Shown here piece after piece: positions 57,683 through 64,000 of a stretch of 64,000 nucleotides of DNA. The position numbers were made by a program, and so were the translations under genes. Source of the stretch: Myxococcota bacterium (lineage in GTDB: Bacteria > Myxococcota_A > SURF-8). Below the pieces are notes generated by a model that had not been told where the DNA came from, searched no databases, and saw nothing but the letters and a program-made list of their open reading frames with translations. Every line of letters begins with the position of its first letter. Within the stretch, counting starts at the first letter, position 1. Location: NCBI GenBank assembly GCA_963674735.2, contig CAXXQS010000001.1:1760001-1824000 (forward strand), in the 5' to 3' direction.

Positions 57683-58348
57683 CTAATCAGCCAAATCCAA
57701 CTTCTCTTTAAACGCTTCAATCCCGATTTTATCGATCCACTTCCCGAGACGACTACGCACGTTTTCCTTCGTGAAAAGATCCACGACCTTATGACAAAGC
57801 GCAATCGCTTCATCGTCCGTCAAATCGGACGCGATCTCCTGGGATAAACGTGGAGAAACTCCACCGGAACCGCCGACCTGCACCTTCCAGCCATCCTTCG
57901 TCCCTTGCAAAGCAAAATCTTTGATCGCATTTTCGGCACACTGCATCACACAACCCGAAACACCGATCTTAAATTTGAATGGCAGGGGCATAGCGTGAAA
58001 ACGCCGGTCAAGCTCCAACCCCACCCTCATCGCATCTTGTTTAGCATGGGGACAATGTGTCGTACCGGGACAAAACTTGATACTGCGGATGCACATGCCG
58101 ATAGCGGCACCCGGAGTTTCCTGCAAATCTTCCCAAGCCTCATCGATACGGTCTTCGTCAATGCCAAGAAGAGAAATACGTTGTGCGCTCGTCAATTTGA
58201 TTAAATCAACCTGATATTTTTCCGCCACATCCGCCACTTTGCGTAATTGGCCGGGGGTAATGATTCCACCGGGGAAATGCGGAGCAATTCCGTAACGACC
58301 GCTAACCTGCGCGATCGCGGCCTTCTCCATGATGTTTCGTTTCGCCAT
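57683..58348 (-). CDS. Small nitrite/sulfite-reductase-like siroheme/4Fe-4S protein
   Basis: GG.IT..QL..VA, LTSAQRI, KFCPGTTHC, KFKIGVSGCVMQC; start MAKRN with AGGAG RBS. Confidence 0.85.
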   Translation of the reverse strand: MAKRNIMEKAAIAQVSGRYGIAPHFPGGIITPGQLRKVADVAEKYQVDLIKLTSAQRISLLGIDEDRIDEAWEDLQETPGAAIGMCIRSIKFCPGTTHCPHAKQDAMRVGLELDRRFHAMPLPFKFKIGVSGCVMQCAENAIKDFALQGTKDGWKVQVGGSGGVSPRLSQEIASDLTDDEAIALCHKVVDLFTKENVRSRLGKWIDKIGIEAFKEKLDLAD

Positions 58349-58597
58349 ACCCGTTCTCCTGTTCAATCCCATTCAATTCCGAGCGATATCTTAACATTGA
58401 CCGCCTTCCGCCGCAACTCCGCTCAGCCGAAGCCTTATGAAAACAAGCTGTCTCGGCTCTGCGAAACCGGCTCGTTCAATCAACCATTCAAGTTTTGGTT
58501 GAGCCGAAGAGCGTTTTCCGTTATGCTCTTTTTGTACTTGCTATCGCCATTCCGGCAATAGCCGCGTTTAAGCTAAAACCCCGCAATATCGGAGAGC

Positions 58598-59128
58598 ATG
58601 ACCATGCATTTCGAAGTGATCGATCATCTTCCTTTCCCTCTTAAAGATGTTTTCACCACCATGCGTGACAAGCTCCCGGAACTGGTTCCACACCTACCCG
58701 ACGTTCGAAAAATTGAATGTGTCGAACGTACAGAACTCGGCCCCGGCAAACTGCGCTTGGTCAACCACTGGTATGCTGAAGACAAGATACCGGGAACACT
58801 GAAAAAATTCATCAGCGCCGACCAACTCGGCTGGATCGACTACGCCGAGTGGGACGATGCAACGATGTCGGTCAGCTACCGATTGGAGATGATGTTTTTC
58901 CGTGAATATGTGGATGTTCGCGGCAAAAACACGTTCGCCGGTGACGATAAAGAAAGCACGGTCACATTGAACGGCGACCTGAATCTCGATCTCGCCAAAC
59001 ACCCCATGATTCCTCGTCTTTTGGCCAGAACGATCACGGGGCAAGTCGAGAAACTGGTCCTGGCCTTGATCAAGCCGAATCTGGTGAAAGTCAATCGAGG
59101 AATCGAGAAGCATTTACGCGGCGAGTAA
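58598..59128 (+). CDS. START/SRPBCC-fold (DUF2505-like) protein
   Basis: RDKLPELVPHLPDV, LVNHW, W.D.A.WD, long C-terminal helix. Confidence 0.6.
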   Translation: MTMHFEVIDHLPFPLKDVFTTMRDKLPELVPHLPDVRKIECVERTELGPGKLRLVNHWYAEDKIPGTLKKFISADQLGWIDYAEWDDATMSVSYRLEMMFFREYVDVRGKNTFAGDDKESTVTLNGDLNLDLAKHPMIPRLLARTITGQVEKLVLALIKPNLVKVNRGIEKHLRGE

Positions 59129-59182
59129 GCAAATCAAGCTTAAAAAGCACGCTGTAGATTTGATTTCCGGAAAACCACATAT

Positions 59183-59512
59183 TCAAGGGGTGAGTTCGTC
59201 CCAATCAGCATTGAAAGCTTCAAGAATTCGAGCTTGTAGATCTGACTTTTCCTGGCGAAGTTCTTGTAGACGCGTCAAACTATCCGAAATAACACGCCAT
59301 TTTCGCTCGCTATAGATGCACAAATCATCTGCCCGCAACAAACGGCGTTCGCATGGGGGCGCGCCGCATGGCACGTCGTCCACGGCAACCCAATACCAAC
59401 GCGAACTGTCGGACGGCTCACTTTCATTCTCGATACGCCCCGATCCCCAGTTTCCCAGATCGTTGAAAATCACCCGATCATCTTTTTTCCAATCACGCCT
59501 TTTTCGGGCCAC
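59183..59512 (-). CDS. Hypothetical protein (possible SH3/Tudor-like fold + coiled coil)
   Basis: GTG start with AGGAG RBS; last gene of the rluD-pgeF run. Confidence 0.55.
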   Translation of the reverse strand: MARKRRDWKKDDRVIFNDLGNWGSGRIENESEPSDSSRWYWVAVDDVPCGAPPCERRLLRADDLCIYSERKWRVISDSLTRLQELRQEKSDLQARILEAFNADWDELTP

Positions 59513-59558
59513 CGTACCACTCCTGTGTTCCTATTGCCGAATCATTTCGGGGCCATGA

Positions 59559-60323
59559 TCAACACAAACCAATGTAATTGTACTGACGCCCCGCGCGTTC
59601 GCGTTCGCGACGCCATGAATAAAAAGTCGGATCGACCGAACAAATCGTGCAATGTGCCGCATGATGAATGTGATGGGGCAAAACTCCATACTCTTCGGCC
59701 TGAATGCGATTGATCGTGGGAAGATCCAGACTGGCTTTACCGGCCTCGCGCCATACCGCCTTATCGCCGAACAACACGGAGAATTCATCAGCCAATTCCG
59801 CTGAAACCTCGTAACAACACGGTCCGGCGGAAGGTCCCAGAGCAACCAGCAACTCTTCGGGTTGACTACCGAATTCCTTCATCATCCGATCGATAACGTG
59901 TCGAATAATGCGCTGATGAGTCCCTCGCCACCCCGCATGTATCGCGGCCACCGCCGGGCGCCTTGGGTCGAAAATGAAAATCGGTAAGCAATCCGCCGTA
60001 CGAATACCGATCATCAACCCCACACAATCCGTAACGATCGCATCGCAACGAATCGTGTTGGCGGGCGGGATAAAACGGTCGTTCCGCCGTACAACCAAAG
60101 TATTTGCCGAATGGATCTGTTTGACCGTCAGGACGTCCTTGAAGACAGGTCCGGCTTCAGAGCAAGCCCGTTTTATAGCGGTAGCAAAGCTGGTCGCCCT
60201 GACACGCCGATTTATCGTTTCAGTATGTTCCGCTCCCACATCAAGATCGAAAGCGGCGGTCCCAAAGCCATGGGCCAGTGCGCCAATGTCGCTGAAAGCC
60301 GGAACGTTGATGAAGTCGGACAT
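59559..60323 (-). CDS. pgeF: PgeF/YfiH purine nucleoside phosphorylase-like protein
   Basis: QIHS, TADCLP, HAGWRG, GPS.GPCCYEV, CT.C, FYSWRR; follows rluD. Confidence 0.92.
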   Translation of the reverse strand: MSDFINVPAFSDIGALAHGFGTAAFDLDVGAEHTETINRRVRATSFATAIKRACSEAGPVFKDVLTVKQIHSANTLVVRRNDRFIPPANTIRCDAIVTDCVGLMIGIRTADCLPIFIFDPRRPAVAAIHAGWRGTHQRIIRHVIDRMMKEFGSQPEELLVALGPSAGPCCYEVSAELADEFSVLFGDKAVWREAGKASLDLPTINRIQAEEYGVLPHHIHHAAHCTICSVDPTFYSWRRERERAGRQYNYIGLC

Positions 60324-61306
60324 CAAGATGCTCCATAATAAGACGCCAAAACATCAAGCAACTGCTGCATGTCGGTCGGATAACCTGAAACAAAGCGCAA
60401 TTGAGAACCAAGAATTGGATGTGTAAACCCTAAAACACCGGCGTGCAACATCTGCCGTTTGATACCGGCAACCGCATCATGCACCGTTTTATCGATCACG
60501 CGCCGCGCCCTGCGTGACGGACAATAAAGCGGGTCACCCACGACCGGATACCCTTGATGCGACAGGTGCACCCGGATCTGATGGGTACGGCCGGTTTCCA
60601 GTTTGACGCGCAGGTGGCTTATCTGACCATATATCGCCAAACATTCGATGTGGGTCACGGCATGTTTGCCATGCCCGTCAACCACGGCGAAACGTTTGCG
60701 GTCCTTGGAATGACGACCGATATTCGCTTCGATACGAGCCACTTCCTCGGGATATTGCCCGTAAACGAAAGTTTCGTAGACACGCTCGATCGAATGCTCG
60801 GCAAACTGCTCGGCCAGCCCGTTTTGCGCCGCATCATTTTTGGCGGCCACGATGAGACCGGACGTGTCCTTATCGAGCCGATGGACGATTCCGGGACGTA
60901 TGACTCCCCCTATACCGGCGAGATCGGAACAGTGCGCCAAAAGCGCATTCACCATAGTCCCATCGGGATTTCCAGCCGCCGGATGTACCACCATCCCCGC
61001 CGGTTTGTCAACCACGATCAGATCGTGATCTTCATAGGCGACACTGAGCGGAATTTCCTGAGCGATAGCTTCGAGGGGTTCGAGAACAGGTTCCTGCCAT
61101 TGAACCACCTGCCCGGCCGACAGCTTCACCCCGGCTTTGACCGCGATAACACCATCAACCACAACCAATCCCTGGTCGATGTGGCGACGAATCTGGCTCC
61201 GTGCCACACCAGCCACAGACGCGAGGAAGGCATCAAGACGGAGGGAGGCGCAACCACGCTCAAGGGTAAACACACGGATTCTGTCGTCGGTTTGTGTGAC
61301 AGGCAT
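60323..61306 (-). CDS. rluD: RluA-family 23S rRNA pseudouridine synthase with S4 domain
   Basis: RLDAFL S4 domain, VDKPAGMVVHP, GIVHRLDKDTSG, TGRTHQIRVH. Confidence 0.93.
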   Translation of the reverse strand: MPVTQTDDRIRVFTLERGCASLRLDAFLASVAGVARSQIRRHIDQGLVVVDGVIAVKAGVKLSAGQVVQWQEPVLEPLEAIAQEIPLSVAYEDHDLIVVDKPAGMVVHPAAGNPDGTMVNALLAHCSDLAGIGGVIRPGIVHRLDKDTSGLIVAAKNDAAQNGLAEQFAEHSIERVYETFVYGQYPEEVARIEANIGRHSKDRKRFAVVDGHGKHAVTHIECLAIYGQISHLRVKLETGRTHQIRVHLSHQGYPVVGDPLYCPSRRARRVIDKTVHDAVAGIKRQMLHAGVLGFTHPILGSQLRFVSGYPTDMQQLLDVLASYYGAS

Positions 61307-61357
61307 AAGTGATTTTCATCTTTGAAATGGGGGTCGAATACGGAGAGCGGATAACGC

Positions 61358-61624
61358 TTACCAGATATCGGTTTCGACGTCGGCTTTGTACTTGACCAAA
61401 ATATCGACAATGGCGCGTTCGTAGTAATTACTTGTAACACGTAATTCCTCGTCCACGCGCGCTTCATAAAGATCGCGACCCTCTTGAATTTCGGCCTTCA
61501 TGACATCGAAAAGGTTGTCGTTCTCCAACCCACCGATGATCTTGTCTTCATTGTAAAGCGACACATCGGATGCAATGGCGCGAGCCAGTCGACGCGCAGC
61601 TTCGGGACGATCAATCTTGGCCAT
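61358..61624 (-). CDS. romX: RomX-like 88-aa protein
   Basis: RLARAIASDVSLYN..KI..G.E.DNLF.V...EI.EGR.LY..RV...ERAI.DI....IW matches my recollection of Myxococcus xanthus RomX; AAAGGGAGG RBS. Confidence 0.7.
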   Translation of the reverse strand: MAKIDRPEAARRLARAIASDVSLYNEDKIIGGLENDNLFDVMKAEIQEGRDLYEARVDEELRVTSNYYERAIVDILVKYKADVETDIW

Positions 61625-61879
61625 ATCCAGCCTCCCTTTCCTAACTTGGCCAACCATTCTATCACAATCATCCGCTCACGGGCAAGCATACGAAAATCGA
61701 AAAACGAATTCGTTCGTGATTCTTCAATTTCACAACTCGCTCCCCAAAAACTGAAAAGTCCTCCGAACGTCCTTCCAACACCCAAGTTTCAGTTGCGGTC
61801 GATTTTTTTAACCCATTCTGTCCTCAAAACCGCGGAAGAGTTGTCTAACGGGAAACAATGGATCGAAGGATGATAATTC

Positions 61880-63697
61880 ATGAATCGAAGTGGCCGGATG
61901 TTGGTGCATTCTCACGCGCGTGCAATGCCGTCTCAGGCTGCATTTTTTGTCCAAGTGGAAAGCGCATCGGCGATCCACGACCGTTATCGCCTGGGGCTGA
62001 TCGCCTGCTTAGGCTTTTTTCTACGAATCCCGACCTTGATGCACGACGGTTACTGGTTGATCGATGAACCCTCCTGGCGCATTCTCGGAAACCTGATGAA
62101 CAACGGCCAGATTCTTTACAGGGACATCGTCGTCCAGCTTCCGCCTCTCATGCTGTTCATCTACTCATGGATTGCACGCTTGAGCGATCCGTGGATCAGC
62201 AGCTCGGTGTATCTCTTCGGGGCTGCTTGGGCGATGCTCACCACGCTCGCGCTCGGATCCGCCTTCTTCGTCATTGGAGCACGTAAAGCAGGACTGGCCG
62301 CAGCTTTCCTTTATGCGATTTTTTCAACCTTTTATCGTGGTAGCGAGTTTTTAAGCGTCAATGGCGAACTGATCGCCAACGGTTTCTATGCATTGGCGTT
62401 TTTGTTTTTCGCGCTCTTTTTGAAAAATGAAAAAGAAAACCGTCATCCTGTTCAGCAATTATGGCCATTATTCATCATGGGAAGCTGCGCTGCGCTAGCG
62501 GCTGCGGTTAAAAGTCAGTCCGGAGTCCTCTTTTTAGCGGCGGTGTTGTATTTCTGCCTACGGCCGATTGTTTCACCCCAACTGAGAAAACGCTTCGGAC
62601 AAGCGCTGGCATGGCCGCTGACCGCCTTGTGCTGCGGTTTCCTTTTACCGGTTGCAGCCCTGGCTATCTATTTTTTCCTGCATGACGCTTTCGCCCAAGC
62701 GCTGCATTTCGTTCTCGAAAATCAAATGATCCATGCCGCCGAACACAACCACTATTCCTTCGCTTATTTCTTTTTAAAACTGATCCTTCGCTGTTTTCAG
62801 ATCGGTCTACCCGCATGGCCGCTTTGGTTATTGGCTGCGTTGTCGCTACGGACACTGCTCAAGTCGGGAGACGTGAAGAACCTCTCGCACCAGATGATGT
62901 TTTTCGCCGCCATTACGGTGTTGGCCACGTGGATTCCTACTTCCCTCGGCGCACGATTCCTGCCACATTACTTTGTTCTCTTTTTAACCCCATTATCGGT
63001 GTTGGCCGCTCCCACAGCCGCGCGTTTGCTCATTTCATCCCAATGGGCCTACGGCTGGCGTAGCCGCCTTCGCCAAGTCATCGTCGGCTTTTGCTTCGTT
63101 TCCAGCCTGGTGTGGTTCGGCATCAATCTCTCCGGGTACAGCAAATTCAATGAAAATATCCCGGATACGTTGAAAGCGCATATCCTTCAGACCAGCCGAT
63201 CCGACGACGCGATCTTCATTTGGGGTTATGCCCCACAATGGTATCTCGATGTGCGTCGGAATCCTTTTGCCGGCTTTTACAGTTTGAAACAACTGGTCGG
63301 CGCCAAACATGGCAGCAAAGGCATGTTTCTGGACGCAAACGCTTCGGCGCTCGACCGACTTCGGGCCGATATCAAAGGCGGCCGGGATCGACGCGTACCG
63401 AACGATCCACACTATATTTCCGAAGTGGCGTGGCGGATTTTCGAACGCCGCTGGAAAGAGGCTCCTCCCAGCCTTTTTATCGACACAAGTCCGATCGGAT
63501 TTCGCGGATACGATTTTCCCGCGCGAAGCATCCCACGCATGGCGACGCTGCTTGAAGATTACAGCGCACCGATTGAAATCGACGGCATGCAGGTTTTTCA
63601 CCGAAAAGCCTCGGAAAAGCTGTCCACAACACCCACGATAAGCTTCGAATGGACAAAAAATCGGCTTGAGGAGAAACGGGATAAAGAAATAAACTGA
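61880..63697 (+). CDS. GT-C fold (ArnT/PMT-like) membrane glycosyltransferase (start uncertain)
   Basis: IDE motif after TM1, LYRD..Q.PP, NGE, K.Q, many TM helices, RFLPHYF, IFIWG. Confidence 0.78.
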   Translation: MNRSGRMLVHSHARAMPSQAAFFVQVESASAIHDRYRLGLIACLGFFLRIPTLMHDGYWLIDEPSWRILGNLMNNGQILYRDIVVQLPPLMLFIYSWIARLSDPWISSSVYLFGAAWAMLTTLALGSAFFVIGARKAGLAAAFLYAIFSTFYRGSEFLSVNGELIANGFYALAFLFFALFLKNEKENRHPVQQLWPLFIMGSCAALAAAVKSQSGVLFLAAVLYFCLRPIVSPQLRKRFGQALAWPLTALCCGFLLPVAALAIYFFLHDAFAQALHFVLENQMIHAAEHNHYSFAYFFLKLILRCFQIGLPAWPLWLLAALSLRTLLKSGDVKNLSHQMMFFAAITVLATWIPTSLGARFLPHYFVLFLTPLSVLAAPTAARLLISSQWAYGWRSRLRQVIVGFCFVSSLVWFGINLSGYSKFNENIPDTLKAHILQTSRSDDAIFIWGYAPQWYLDVRRNPFAGFYSLKQLVGAKHGSKGMFLDANASALDRLRADIKGGRDRRVPNDPHYISEVAWRIFERRWKEAPPSLFIDTSPIGFRGYDFPARSIPRMATLLEDYSAPIEIDGMQVFHRKASEKLSTTPTISFEWTKNRLEEKRDKEIN

Positions 63698-63769
63698 CTA
63701 AAGGCATTGGAGACTCCATGAAGAACTGGCTTAGACGCATTAAATTATGTTACATAAAGTGAAGGTCAG

Positions 63770-64000
63770 ATGAGGGAGAAATCCCCTAACAAAATTGCCG
63801 ATGTAAACGAGGGGACAAACGTGGTTTCGTTCGGCTTTGCTAACGATGTCGCCATCTTGAACGGTATTCGCGAAGGCCATTCGGGAGCTTTTCGAGCTCT
63901 TTACGACCGGTATGTCGATCGTGTTTATCGTTTGGCCTGGCAACACTTTCAAAACGACTCCGACGCCCAGAATGCCTCCCAGGAAGTCTTTCTGTTGATC
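63770..64000 (+). CDS. ECF-type RNA polymerase sigma factor, partial (5' end)
   Basis: Open to window end: ...G...AF.ALYDRY..RVYRLA......DAQNASQEVFL, a sigma region 2 motif. Confidence 0.8.
   Translation, partial: MREKSPNKIADVNEGTNVVSFGFANDVAILNGIREGHSGAFRALYDRYVDRVYRLAWQHFQNDSDAQNASQEVFLLI

Noticed and set aside
57580-57765. CCTGCGGTGTTCG resembling a 6S RNA 5' end
   Set aside because: No matching 3' closing strand or TTGAAC/GTTCA element at the expected distance; the candidate partner lies inside a coding region.
63745-63757. TTATGT-T-ACATAA palindrome before the ECF sigma gene
   Set aside because: Short AT-rich single instance; cannot be assigned to a regulator.

Overview
Gene-dense chromosomal window from a Gram-negative bacterium, probably Myxococcota or another deltaproteobacterial lineage. 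The taxonomic call is inferred from a RomX-like protein, a MYXO-CTERM-like sorting tail, DGD-linker lipoproteins and lpxC. About 54 CDSs are supported. Housekeeping genes include pgsA, gdhA, yebC-ruvCAB-lpxC, purB-thiE-thiL, ftsB, cydAB and rluD-pgeF. I saw no tRNA, rRNA, CRISPR array, transposase or phage genes. Most notable observations: (1) a divergent SecA paralog lacking the SEC-C zinc motif, 7 bp downstream of a 1522-aa surface-anchored GH84+GH2 glycosidase; (2) a candidate ~115-nt sRNA at 17.9-18.0 kb with its own sigma70-like promoter, a G-U-rich rod fold, a C7 loop and a U-tract; (3) a TetR operon of saccharopine-dehydrogenase-like enzyme, tandem SCP2-like protein and class III aminotransferase, whose GAnTGA-N4-TCACTC palindrome recurs at a stand-alone SCP2 gene 20 kb away; (4) a trans-envelope module of two LolA-like proteins, an outer-membrane barrel, a lipoprotein and an MMPL protein lacking the proton-relay motifs; (5) an orphan, degenerate HydE-like radical SAM protein; (6) a receiver-domain/PEP-synthase-like protein beside gdhA. 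All calls come from reading motifs by eye; no searches were run.
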